Positions 7,103-17,798 of a stretch of DNA of 64,000 bases are shown here, in pieces. The notes beneath the pieces were generated by a model. That model did no database searches, had not been told where the DNA came from, and was given only the letters and a program-made list of their open reading frames with translations. The position numbers and the translations under genes are program-made. Origin of the DNA: Escherichia phage EC.W14-3. Location: sequence record PP496998.1; one strand, given 5' to 3'. Position 1 is the first letter of the stretch. Every line of letters begins with the position of its first letter.

Positions 7103-8947
7103 GTGAGCAACCCGGACGCTCTTCCATTTTTGACAGAGATGACTGTCGCTGATATAATCTCTAAGCAAGCAAAGCACGGAGTTAGTTTCAACCGAAGAAA
7201 TGCTCGGTGGTATGTTCACCTCCTTAAAGAGATTATTGTTAATATTGACAGAGAGTTGATTCCTCTCTTACCTAAGATGAGATTAGATGGCTCTACTTAT
7301 ATGAAGCCGTTTAAGAAGTCTGGAGCTTTACAGAAGTGGCCTCAAGCTTATTGTGATAGGGTTGGGCTGAAAAGAGAAGACATTGGTGGAGCATTCACCT
7401 GTGTCGAATATGTAGACTTTGATCCATCGAAAGATGCACGAGTTAAAGAAGCTCTTATGGATGAGGGCTTTCTTCCTCCAGAGTTTAACGTATCTAAGAA
7501 GCCTTGGAATACTTTCGAAATTAAGAAAGATATGAGAAAGTATGGAACATACCAAGCATGGTATACTGCTTGGATGCGAGGTAATGCTAAACAGAAGCAG
7601 ACAGCCGAGATGGTTGACGCTGATATTAGAAAGTTCTTAGAGAAGCATTTTCGGTTTAAAACTAAGAACTACATGAAGGCTTACGTATTTGGTTTGGGAT
7701 TAAACCCTAATCGCCGTAATCCTGTAACGTTTGATGAGATTAAGAAAGCACTAGCCACATCAAACAAGTGGCCTACAGCTCCTACAAACCTCGAGGAGAC
7801 TCTTGAAGAAGGGTTAGGGGGTGAGCTAGGGAGTGTCGGAAGTTTGCTTAAGAGACGCGTTGTGGCGGCTCACAGGCTAGGTCTTATCAGTGGACTCATA
7901 GCAAAGGAACGCGAAGATGGTAAACTTTCGGCAGAAGCTAACAGCTGCGCTACGCCGACTTTTCGATTCAAACATCGTATCGTGGTTAATATTCCCTCCC
8001 GTGGTCTGTTTGGTCACGAGTGTCGCAGTTTGTTTGAGTCTGACTATAACTCAGACAGTGATCACTCTCGTCCTTTCGTTATTACTAACGTTGTTCCTGA
8101 TGGTTGTTATATACGAAAAGGTACTAACGTAATTTACGAGAAAGGTAAGCCGGGGAAGAAAGACAAACCTGTAGGCGCTTACAAATATTACATACCCACT
8201 GGTAAAGAAGTATTCTTAGGGTATGATGGTTCTGGACTGGAACTTCGTATGCTCGCTCACTACCTCATTAAAGAGTGTAGGGATATGCTTGCTGAGGCAA
8301 TTGAAGAGAACAACCCAGCTAAGAAAGCTCTGGCAGAACGTGGTTTAGCTTCTGCTATTATGTATCGTGATATTCTCCTTGAAGGTGATATCCACTCCCA
8401 CAACCAGAAACTTGCTGGTCTTCCTACTCGTGACAACGCTAAGACATTTATCTATGCATTCAACTACGGTGCTGGCGATGCTAAGCTTGGTTCAATTGTA
8501 GGTGGTGGGGCTGACGAAGGTTCAGTGATGCGAGCACGTTTCTTAGCAGAGAACCCATGTATTGCAATCCTCATTGATCGTATGACAGAGAAAGCTGCTC
8601 AAGGATACTTGATTGGAGTTGATGGTCGTAAGATTACAATGAGACGGGATGCCACTGGTAAGGTTATGGTTCATAAAGCCCTTAACACACTCCTGCAATG
8701 TGCTGGTGCTGTTGTTATGAAATATGCTATGATGTTCCTTAACAAGTGGATTGAGAAAGATAAGGTTCGTTGTGCTAAGGTAATTGATATGCACGATGAA
8801 GGTCAATTCTCAGTAAACCGTAATGATGTACAGAAACTCAAAGAGCACACTGAGCTTTGTGTTAAGAAAGCTGGCGAGTATCTGAACATGGAATGTCCTC
8901 TGGCATCTGATTGTCAGATTGGACTTAACTGGATGCATACACACTAA
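7103..8947 (+). CDS. family A DNA polymerase (polymerase domain)
   Basis: Pol A motif A GYDGSGLELRMLAHY, motif B RDNAKTFIYAFNYGAG, motif C DMHDEGQF; RBS AAGGAG; no 3'-5' exonuclease motifs seen at N-terminus. Confidence 0.85.
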   Translation: MSNPDALPFLTEMTVADIISKQAKHGVSFNRRNARWYVHLLKEIIVNIDRELIPLLPKMRLDGSTYMKPFKKSGALQKWPQAYCDRVGLKREDIGGAFTCVEYVDFDPSKDARVKEALMDEGFLPPEFNVSKKPWNTFEIKKDMRKYGTYQAWYTAWMRGNAKQKQTAEMVDADIRKFLEKHFRFKTKNYMKAYVFGLGLNPNRRNPVTFDEIKKALATSNKWPTAPTNLEETLEEGLGGELGSVGSLLKRRVVAAHRLGLISGLIAKEREDGKLSAEANSCATPTFRFKHRIVVNIPSRGLFGHECRSLFESDYNSDSDHSRPFVITNVVPDGCYIRKGTNVIYEKGKPGKKDKPVGAYKYYIPTGKEVFLGYDGSGLELRMLAHYLIKECRDMLAEAIEENNPAKKALAERGLASAIMYRDILLEGDIHSHNQKLAGLPTRDNAKTFIYAFNYGAGDAKLGSIVGGGADEGSVMRARFLAENPCIAILIDRMTEKAAQGYLIGVDGRKITMRRDATGKVMVHKALNTLLQCAGAVVMKYAMMFLNKWIEKDKVRCAKVIDMHDEGQFSVNRNDVQKLKEHTELCVKKAGEYLNMECPLASDCQIGLNWMHTH

Positions 8948-8952
8948 GGTGA

Positions 8953-9321
8953 GTGATGAAAGAAACCAATATCATCTACAGAACATTGAGATGTTTAGCT
9001 AAAGAGAGGGGGATGGAGGATTTCCTCCTCCAATATTATGAAATAACTAAGACTGGAATTTATCCAAAATGGTTTAGTGAAGATCACGGATTATGCTTCA
9101 ACTTTCGCTGTTATAAGAGGTATTACTATTTCACAAAGCATTTAGATATTGACGACATGAAGAATATGTTTAATCAAGAAAAGTTTTTGGACCCAACATA
9201 CCCATTCGGATGTTATCAATATTTTAGAGATAGGGAAAACGGGGCACATCATAAGAATCCAAAACGACGGGCTTGGATTAAAGATACACTGAAAACTCTG
9301 TACAGTATTGAGGTTGAGTGA
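8953..9321 (+). CDS. hypothetical protein
   Basis: 122 aa ORF. Confidence 0.45.
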   Translation: MMKETNIIYRTLRCLAKERGMEDFLLQYYEITKTGIYPKWFSEDHGLCFNFRCYKRYYYFTKHLDIDDMKNMFNQEKFLDPTYPFGCYQYFRDRENGAHHKNPKRRAWIKDTLKTLYSIEVE

Positions 9322-9512
9322 TGAGTGTTCGTGGTTATTATGAATCTTGGGCCGTCTTCAGCGGTGGCTCCACTCTCGTAGCATTAAATGGTCAACTGTG
9401 TATCTTTGAGACAGAGAACTTAGCAATAACCAAAGCAGCAGAGCTAGTTCGAAAGTTTCCAAACAAGACATTCACAGTTAAAAGGATAGAAGTACCTGCA
9501 TTGGTAGAGTGA
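9318..9512 (+). CDS. hypothetical protein
   Basis: 64 aa ORF, start overlaps upstream stop. Confidence 0.4.
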   Translation: MMSVRGYYESWAVFSGGSTLVALNGQLCIFETENLAITKAAELVRKFPNKTFTVKRIEVPALVE

Positions 9513-9695
9513 ATAAATAAGACGAATGAACTATTCTTATTGATTGGTTCGTAACAAGGAGATTGAAGTGGAAGAGATGCCATCGGATTGGTGTTATCGT
9601 CAGAGCGCCATCTGTAATGAACAAGGTCGTCCTGATGAGGCTGAGTTCTATCTAGAGCTAGCCGAACTGTGGAAAGAACGAGAGGAGAAAGAGTG

Positions 9696-9863
9696 ATGGA
9701 AGGTATTTACCGTAAACCGCCTCCAAAATATAACATCCTTTATACTGATGCAACAGGTGAGTTTAGAAGTGTGTTAGTTTACACGGATGAAGAACGAAAC
9801 CAAATGGTTGCTGCTATTGAAGCCAATGGTGGTACAATCATGCGAATTTATAACATAACATAA
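9696..9863 (+). CDS. small hypothetical protein
   Basis: internal ATG of track ORF 9669-9863, preceded by AGGAG. Confidence 0.35.
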   Translation: MEGIYRKPPPKYNILYTDATGEFRSVLVYTDEERNQMVAAIEANGGTIMRIYNIT

Positions 9864-9872
9864 GGAATATCA

Positions 9873-10049
9873 ATGACTGCTTCTGAATTAAAAGAAACCC
9901 TATCCACTGAAGAAGGTAAAGCTTTCTTCTTATCTCAAGTACACTCTATGGGTAAAGATGCCCTTCGCCAAGCAGTCGTTGAGCTTACTGGTGTAGTGAT
10001 TGACTTGAGTATTGAAAATGAAACACTTGAAGCTAAAGTGAACGGTTAA
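9873..10049 (+). CDS. small hypothetical protein (58 aa)
   Basis: ATG after AAGGAA; followed by terminator; not in track. Confidence 0.35.
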   Translation: MTASELKETLSTEEGKAFFLSQVHSMGKDALRQAVVELTGVVIDLSIENETLEAKVNG

Positions 10050-10055
10050 ATAAGA

Positions 10056-10079
10056 AGCTGCCTTCGGGCGGCTTTTCTT
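10056..10079 (+). terminator. rho-independent terminator
   Basis: agctgcc-TTCG-ggcggct hairpin followed by TTTTCTT. Confidence 0.6.
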
Positions 10080-10095
10080 GTCTAAAGGATTTGAC

Positions 10096-10488
10096 ATGAA
10101 TATTGGTTTAGATTATGATGACACTTACACAGCAGATAGACGTCTGTGGAGAGATGTGATAGGATTGATGAAAGGGTATGGACATGATGTAAGATTCGTG
10201 ACTTTCCGTTTCTCAGAGCCTAATGGTTATGATAACGTGGATATCCTCTATGATGCAGAGACCCTGCAAATCCCTGTCATCTTTTGTAATGGTGTGCAGA
10301 AGGATGAGGTGTGTCGACAGTTAGGTTTCTTCGTCGATATCTGGATTGATGACTTCCCTGTTGGAATCCCCAAAAAGGACCACCTAGATGGTATGCTGAA
10401 GGGCGTAAGACTTAATGACCTTAGGGCAGCACCTCCTGTAGAAATAGCCGCTCCTGTGTACTCTGAAGAGCCTTTGGTGATTCGATGA
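10096..10488 (+). CDS. HAD-superfamily-like phosphatase
   Basis: N-terminal DxDxT motif (GLDYDDT) and C-terminal acidic DD motif (DIWIDDFP). Confidence 0.5.
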   Translation: MNIGLDYDDTYTADRRLWRDVIGLMKGYGHDVRFVTFRFSEPNGYDNVDILYDAETLQIPVIFCNGVQKDEVCRQLGFFVDIWIDDFPVGIPKKDHLDGMLKGVRLNDLRAAPPVEIAAPVYSEEPLVIR

Positions 10489-10652
10489 AGAAATATAGTG
10501 TATGGATTAACGAGGAAGAAGAAGGTTTTGATGAAGCTGGAGGGTGGGTGAATATCCTAAACACCGACGACATAGAAGAGGCCGAGAAGTGCGCCCTAAA
10601 CTATAACTCTGGATATTATGAAAGAAATTGGGAATATGGGGAAGAAGAATGA
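10485..10652 (+). CDS. small acidic protein (55 aa)
   Basis: ATGA overlap with upstream stop; not in track. Confidence 0.3.
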   Translation: MKKYSVWINEEEEGFDEAGGWVNILNTDDIEEAEKCALNYNSGYYERNWEYGEEE

Positions 10653-10870
10653 TTTGGGTTCACACTTATAGAATTGGAAAGAAAGGGCTTACTACTATTC
10701 ATACCTCTGAAGACAGTGCTAAAGCATCTCAGGCTGTACTGAAAGGGAAGATCACACCTTATGTAGTCGCTGAAGAAAAGAAGAGTCCTCCAGTTTTGGA
10801 ATACTTAGGAACAGGTAAAGCTTATACAGCACTGGATGTTATTAACAACAAACAAGGAGATGTGGCATAA
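10649..10870 (+). CDS. hypothetical protein
   Basis: internal ATG of track ORF 10628-10870, ATGA overlap with upstream stop. Confidence 0.4.
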   Translation: MIWVHTYRIGKKGLTTIHTSEDSAKASQAVLKGKITPYVVAEEKKSPPVLEYLGTGKAYTALDVINNKQGDVA

Positions 10871-10872
10871 AA

Positions 10873-11088
10873 ATGGAATACATTGATAAATACTCAAGTG
10901 AAGACTCAACCAACGCTGAAGTTTTGTTCGTACTAAAAACAGACTGCCTCGAACATGGTCAGCTCATTAACTTTATGGAGTTGGCAAAACTTAAAGAAGA
11001 GATTGATCAACTATACAGCGATGAGCAATCCAGATTACTTTCCCTGTCCCTGCTAGGTGACTTAACTTGTGATGGGTGTACTATCTAA
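10873..11088 (+). CDS. hypothetical protein
   Basis: 71 aa ORF. Confidence 0.4.
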   Translation: MEYIDKYSSEDSTNAEVLFVLKTDCLEHGQLINFMELAKLKEEIDQLYSDEQSRLLSLSLLGDLTCDGCTI

Positions 11089-11097
11089 GAGGTCTTT

Positions 11098-11601
11098 ATG
11101 GCTGAAGTTTATTTTGCAGGGGATGGTCACTTAGGCCATCGCAACATCTGTAGTTTTCGTAAGCAATTTAAAACCATCGAAGAACACGACAAAGTAATCC
11201 TAGCTGCATTTGATCATGTAACTAAGCGTGATAAAATCTTCTTTACCGGTGATTGGGTGTTTGAAAAGTATGCCCTTGATATCATCGCTGAAGTAAGAGG
11301 AGAGAAGCATCTAGTCTTAGGAAACCATGACAGGTTAGAACTTCTCCCTGATATGATGAAAGTCTTCCGTAGAATCTCTGGTGATTATAAATATAAAGAG
11401 TTTTGGGTAACTCATATTCCTATTCACACTGATGAGATGAGAGGAAAGTTTAACATTTATGCTCATACACACAACCATGTAATTGATGATTGGAGATATT
11501 TCTGTACATCAATGGAGCAAATTGACTATAAAGCTGTTTCTCTGCAAGAGATTAGGAAGGTCTTTGATGAAAGAAGAAAAGAACAAGATCTCATTATTTA
11601 A
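11098..11601 (+). CDS. calcineurin-like metallophosphoesterase
   Basis: GDGHLGH, TGDWV, GNHD and AHTHNH metal-binding motifs in canonical order. Confidence 0.75.
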   Translation: MAEVYFAGDGHLGHRNICSFRKQFKTIEEHDKVILAAFDHVTKRDKIFFTGDWVFEKYALDIIAEVRGEKHLVLGNHDRLELLPDMMKVFRRISGDYKYKEFWVTHIPIHTDEMRGKFNIYAHTHNHVIDDWRYFCTSMEQIDYKAVSLQEIRKVFDERRKEQDLII

Positions 11602-11729
11602 AGAACCTGTAGTACATAAAGATTCTATCAGAGATCAATATAATGAGATGTTAAAGAAACAAGCTGATTCTAATCTTCGTTATCAGAGGATAGTAGAACA
11701 ATCTAACTTTAAAGGTTTACTTGAATGGT

Positions 11730-12147
11730 AACTTATATCCTTTACTTTTTAGCTTTCTTAGGAATAGTCTTTTTATCTATTCTTATTGAATTTGGTTTAA
11801 GTAAGTTAGTTAATTATTTAGGTAATAAGTAATTAATATTCTTTTAAATAGAGAATCAAAGTCCCTAGGAGTCCCTACAACCTAAATCAAGGATTCCTTA
11901 ATTCTCTATTTTTATCTCGCAGGTGGCTCCTGCCCTTCGGTACTTGCAAGGGATTCTGTGAATTGCCCAATATACAAGCCTGCAATAACTTTATCAGCTA
12001 TACAATATATACATTACTAGTGTGATATATCTACTACCAAAGATACTTATATTATATAGTACTCTTATCGGTATAAGCGTAATGTATACTATACATAACC
12101 GCTCAAAGAGAGCAACAATCTTTCAAATTAAATAAGGAAATTAAAAT
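11730..12147 (+). promoter_or_regulatory. AT-rich intergenic region upstream of SSB-like gene
   Basis: 418 bp without ORFs; TATA-rich repeats; TAATGTATA at 12080-12088 (plus) and its reverse complement at 12008-12016. Confidence 0.4.
12080..12088 (+). promoter_or_regulatory. TAATGTATA promoter-like motif
   Basis: exact 9-mer 60 nt upstream of ATG 12148. Confidence 0.4.
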
Positions 12148-12894
12148 ATGTCTATGATTCCAACTATCGCAACCGCTTCCCGTAAATCCAACTACGATGT
12201 AATCCCTGATGGTGAGTACGAAGCACGTATCGTTCGTGTAGTAGGTTTGGGTGTTCACAATCGTGACCCTTGGATTGACCCGAAGACCAAAGCAGTGACT
12301 CCTAAGAATCCGGCTTTCCGTATGGATTTAGCTTTCGAGCTGATTGGTGTTGATGCTACTGGTAAAGATTCCGATGGTAAGGCATTAGAACCACGTCCAG
12401 CTTGCCAGTTCAAGAGCTATGATGTAAACCCACGAGCTAAGAACTCTGGTATTCTTGATCTTTGCAAGATGATTGACCCAAGTATTCAAGCACTGAAAGG
12501 TGATCTATCTTGGTTCAAGGATGTTCTGTTAGGTCAGCCTGTTAACATTCTGGTTAACTCTTATACTAACAAAGCTGGTGAAGTTAAAAACTCCATCAAG
12601 ACCATTTCTCCAATCCCAACCAAATATCGTGCAGCAGTTGGTGAAGCTCGTAGTCCTCTGGTATTCTTCGAACCATATGCTGAAACCGACGAGAACGTAG
12701 CATCCTACCAACTGATGTTCCCGTTCCAGCGCAACCTGCTTACTCAAGCTAATGACGCTAAGAACATGCCTCTGGCTGGTCGTGAAATTACTCGTGCTTC
12801 TGAAACAGAGCAGAAAGAAGCTACTCCTTCAATCCCTACGATTGATAAAGAGCCTGCTTCTACTTACGAAGACGACAACGATAGCCCATTCTAA
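12148..12894 (+). CDS. single-stranded DNA-binding protein (T7 gp2.5-like), tentative
   Basis: 248 aa, host-optimal codons, acidic C-terminal tail ending ...EDDNDSPF (terminal Phe as in gp2.5), strong terminator after. Confidence 0.45.
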   Translation: MSMIPTIATASRKSNYDVIPDGEYEARIVRVVGLGVHNRDPWIDPKTKAVTPKNPAFRMDLAFELIGVDATGKDSDGKALEPRPACQFKSYDVNPRAKNSGILDLCKMIDPSIQALKGDLSWFKDVLLGQPVNILVNSYTNKAGEVKNSIKTISPIPTKYRAAVGEARSPLVFFEPYAETDENVASYQLMFPFQRNLLTQANDAKNMPLAGREITRASETEQKEATPSIPTIDKEPASTYEDDNDSPF

Positions 12895-12915
12895 TAACTC
12901 TCCTTGTTATAGCTT

Positions 12916-12940
12916 AGCCACCTCCGGGTGGCTTTTTTCG
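12916..12940 (+). terminator. rho-independent terminator
   Basis: perfect hairpin agccacc-TCCG-ggtggct followed by TTTTTTCG. Confidence 0.75.
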
Positions 12941-12951
12941 TTGGAGACAAC

Positions 12952-13302
12952 ATGCAAAACACATTAAGTGATAACTTAGGGTTTATCGTTTTCTCAGCTC
13001 TTGTATTCTTTGGTGGTATGAAGTTTAACGAATATCAAACAGACAGCAGTAATCTGGACAAAGAGAAGCACCAGCAAGAGTTAGAGATTGAAAGAAGTAG
13101 AGCAGCTGATGAAGTTGCTCAGAGAGTTCTTACCGGTTTATCTAACTGGAAGAAGAACACAGAAACCGTTTATAAAGAGATGCATTATGAGAAAACTAAA
13201 CCAGTTTTTTATGATGTCTGCGCTAGTGATGACTATGTCCGCATGTTCAATGATCGACAGCAGCAGGCAATCAATGCCCTTACCAACAAACCTAAAAGCT
13301 GA
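12952..13302 (+). CDS. putative i-spanin-like protein (N-terminal TMD plus charged periplasmic domain)
   Basis: LGFIVFSALVFFGGM hydrophobic segment then charged helical region; overlapped by +1-frame lipoprotein ORF. Confidence 0.4.
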   Translation: MQNTLSDNLGFIVFSALVFFGGMKFNEYQTDSSNLDKEKHQQELEIERSRAADEVAQRVLTGLSNWKKNTETVYKEMHYEKTKPVFYDVCASDDYVRMFNDRQQQAINALTNKPKS

Positions 13303-13446
13303 ATGCAGGGTTGACTTACCTTTTTTAGAGAGTGCTCAAGGAAAAGCACTAGCCACTACGTTGGAGTGGTATCAGGACCAGTACACAGAATGTGCTGCCA
13401 ATCACAATGGATTGTTAGAAGCTCTGAAAGAGCGTGGAATAGAATA

Positions 13447-13447
<1 letters not shown>
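13187..13447 (+). CDS. putative o-spanin-like lipoprotein
   Basis: +1 frame overlapping previous gene; MRKLNQFFMMSALVMTMSAC signal with lipobox-like MSAC. Confidence 0.35.
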
Positions 13448-14933
<1,486 letters not shown>

Positions 14934-14943
<10 letters not shown>

Positions 14944-15833
14944 ATGAAGAGGTAAAAGCTTTAAAGAAAGCTCTTGCAATTAAAATCAAACATTTAAATT
15001 TCGTCAGAGATGAGTTGGAGGAGCTATCCAACTTATCAGGATATGAGTTACAGAATGAGCTTGTAGAGTTTCAAATCAATATTGATGGCGGTAAATACGT
15101 AGAAACAACTAGAGCGATTTTACCTAAAGTTACTGGTAACAAAACTTCTCCAGTAGACTACTCACATGACCACACGGAGCAATTAGAAATGGAATCTCAA
15201 GGCAATCCAGCACTGACCAATATGGTGGGAGATTCCCATTATAAGCCTTTAGTAGTAATTCTTAATGGGCCTCCGGGTTGTGGTAAAGATACGATAGCCA
15301 ATGCTTGGGTCAATGCCCATTCATACCATCACAATTATTCAACCAAATCCTTCAAGGAGCCAATGTACAAGGTAGCTGCTGCTGCACTAGGCATACCTCT
15401 AGAAAACTTTCTAGCACGCTATGAAGACCGTGAATGGAAAGAAAAACCTAGACCAGAATGGGGAGGGAAGTCTGTAAGAGATTTGATGATTTCTACAAGT
15501 GAAGACTTCTTAAAACCTATGTTTGGCAACAGCCATATGGGGGATCTTGCTGTAAAAAGCATCAAACAAGAAGGGTTAGGTCAGGATGATATTGTCATGT
15601 TTACTGACGGAGGTTTTGATGCAGAGGTACGAGAACTAGAAAAGAATTTCCATGTCCAAGTTGTACAAGTTCTTAGAGATGGTTGCTCTTTTGATGGAGA
15701 CTCTCGCTCATATATTGAAGGCGAACAGAGAAAAACATATCTACTGTTTAATGACTCAACTATTGAATCAGCAGTATCAGATCTAGATTGGATTATTGCT
15801 CAAGCTCAGGATGATATTTATGGAAGAAGTTAA
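14934..15833 (+). CDS. dNMP kinase-like P-loop kinase with N-terminal extension
   Basis: Walker A LNGPPGCGKDT; downstream blocks resemble T4 gene 1 dNMP kinase (SGKDT...SVRRLMQ). Confidence 0.55.
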
Positions 15834-16638
15834 GCTCCCTGAAGTTGCTATAGTGGACGCTGACGTTCTTCGGTATGAAGTGGGCGCTCTTACTCAGGAG
15901 CATCCCTTTCTTGACACAGGACGTGTTCCAGTTGATTACAATTTCATGATTGAACGACTTCAGTACAAGATCGATACAATCATAGCTCGCTCGGGTTGTA
16001 GTAAGGTTGTATTCTACTTCAGCGAAGGTGGTAACTTTCGTTTCGATGTTGCTAAGCAACAAGACTACAAGGCAAATAGACCTCCCGGAGAAAGACCTTT
16101 TCACTGGCAAAACGTTGGCGATTACATTAAAGCCAAGTACGAATATGTTGAGGTCTTTGGGAGAGAAGCTGATGATGCATTAGCTGAAAGGCAACGTAGG
16201 GATAAGAATACTATCATCTGTACTAGAGACAAGGATTTGTTGATAACTCCCGGATGGCATTATCGCTGGGCTTGTGGAGAAAGACAGAAAGAAGTACCTC
16301 CTCATTATGTATCTGACTTGGTATCATGGCAAAATTTCTTCTATCAAATGTTGATTGGGGATGGGACAGATAACATTCCCGGATGTGGTGAACGTAAAGA
16401 AGTTATGTGGGGCGGTAAGCTCCAGCTACGACGTCAAGGTGTCGGGAAGAAAGCAGCAGCTAGTCTGTTGGCTGGTGTTGCAGATAAGTGGACCATGTAT
16501 CATATAGTACGAATGGAATATTATAAGAAGTTCGATACTGAAGATGAAGAGAAGATGCTCGAGAATGCTCGGCTTCTCTTTGTTGGTCAGACTCCGGAAG
16601 ACCTGTTCGACTGGACATGGTTAGATAAATCTTGGTAA
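15820..16638 (+). CDS. 5'-3' exonuclease / flap endonuclease
   Basis: GREADDALA, CTRDKDLLI, GDGTDNIPGCG motifs of Pol I-type 5' nuclease. Confidence 0.8.
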   Translation: MEEVKLPEVAIVDADVLRYEVGALTQEHPFLDTGRVPVDYNFMIERLQYKIDTIIARSGCSKVVFYFSEGGNFRFDVAKQQDYKANRPPGERPFHWQNVGDYIKAKYEYVEVFGREADDALAERQRRDKNTIICTRDKDLLITPGWHYRWACGERQKEVPPHYVSDLVSWQNFFYQMLIGDGTDNIPGCGERKEVMWGGKLQLRRQGVGKKAAASLLAGVADKWTMYHIVRMEYYKKFDTEDEEKMLENARLLFVGQTPEDLFDWTWLDKSW

Positions 16639-16651
16639 TAAGGATATTATA

Positions 16652-16831
16652 ATGGGTAAATTTGATTATCGTTCATATGATGAAAACTCCTCCAACCGTG
16701 AATCTCGTAAAGACCAAAAGATTAAACATCAACTGTTTGATCAGAGAACTGGTCGTATTCCTCGTGAGGGTAAGGTGAGCCATCGTGTAAACAAACGAGT
16801 TTGGGAAGAAGCTGATTATGGCGAAGTCTGA
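16652..16831 (+). CDS. small basic protein (59 aa)
   Basis: ATG after AAGGA; not in track. Confidence 0.3.
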   Translation: MGKFDYRSYDENSSNRESRKDQKIKHQLFDQRTGRIPREGKVSHRVNKRVWEEADYGEV

Positions 16832-17219
16832 GAAGACTCGCTGTAGTGGAATGTGGACTGAAGCTCGTTACAACTCTTTCATCAAGTCAGGGATTCGTTC
16901 TCTGACTAGAAAGTGGAAGCCCATGTTCGATGCACTAGCAGACGCCAAGACAGAGCAGAAGATTAATCCAAAGACAGGAAGACTGGCAATGCACTTTAAA
17001 TGTGCCATGTGTGGTTCTGACCACCCTGTAAAGGATATGGCTATTGACCACATAGAGCCTATAGTTCCCTTAGATCATGAAGCAACTTGGGATGAAATCA
17101 TCTCTCGTGCTCTGTGTGAGAAAGAAGGTTTTCAGGTTCTATGTAAAGACCCTTGTCATAAGATTAAAACAAAAGAAGAGAATGATGCAAGAAAACAATT
17201 CAAAAAAGGAAATGAGTGA
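16818..17219 (+). CDS. HNH nuclease
   Basis: CAMCGSDHPVKDMAIDHIEPIVP...LCKDPCHKIKT HNH zinc-finger motif. Confidence 0.6.
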   Translation: MAKSEKTRCSGMWTEARYNSFIKSGIRSLTRKWKPMFDALADAKTEQKINPKTGRLAMHFKCAMCGSDHPVKDMAIDHIEPIVPLDHEATWDEIISRALCEKEGFQVLCKDPCHKIKTKEENDARKQFKKGNE

Positions 17220-17439
17220 TGATCAAAAATCTACGCAACAAGTGCTTCGCTTTCGCTATCGCAATTGGAGAGGCGAGGTTGCTGACCGGTCCGTTATTCC
17301 ACTCCGAACCTCCGTTGCTAGCTCCCGTTTTCATAACGGTGGCAAACCTTGTTGGATTATGACAGCGATAGATGTAGAGAAAGATGAGATTCGAGAGTTC
17401 AAACTCTCTGACATTATTCAGTATTACGATTTAATCTAG
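17212..17439 (+). CDS. hypothetical protein
   Basis: internal ATG of track ORF 17077-17439, overlaps upstream stop. Confidence 0.35.
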   Translation: MSDDQKSTQQVLRFRYRNWRGEVADRSVIPLRTSVASSRFHNGGKPCWIMTAIDVEKDEIREFKLSDIIQYYDLI

Positions 17440-17617
17440 GAACTGACATTATCACACAAGCAGATAAAAATAAACTCTTCGACTTAATCCACGACCTATT
17501 AGAAGCTCAGAGCTTTATTGACAATGCCGATACTTGGGAGATGGAAGCAGCTGGAAAAGCTTTTGATGAAAGTGAAGAGAAACTTACTAATTTTATAAAC
17601 ACAATCTAGGAGGGTAT

Positions 17618-17710
17618 ATGAATGAAGAAGTTGTTATCCTTGGAAGTAAATCAGATTGGTTCTATGGAGGCATCTCAGGATGCTTTGAAGATGAACATCC
17701 AGACTTCTGA
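17618..17710 (+). CDS. possible 30-aa peptide
   Basis: perfect AGGAGG RBS 7 nt before ATG; very short. Confidence 0.2.
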   Translation: MNEEVVILGSKSDWFYGGISGCFEDEHPDF

Positions 17711-17763
17711 AGAAAATTGGGATGTATGACGAATTTGATGGTTTTTAAAACTTAGAAACAAAT

Positions 17764-17797
17764 AAAGCCCCTTCCTTTCGGTTGGGGCTTTTCTTTT
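17764..17797. terminator. bidirectional terminator between convergent plus and minus modules
   Basis: agcccc...ggggct hairpin flanked by T-runs on both strands. Confidence 0.6.
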
Positions 17798-17798
17798 A

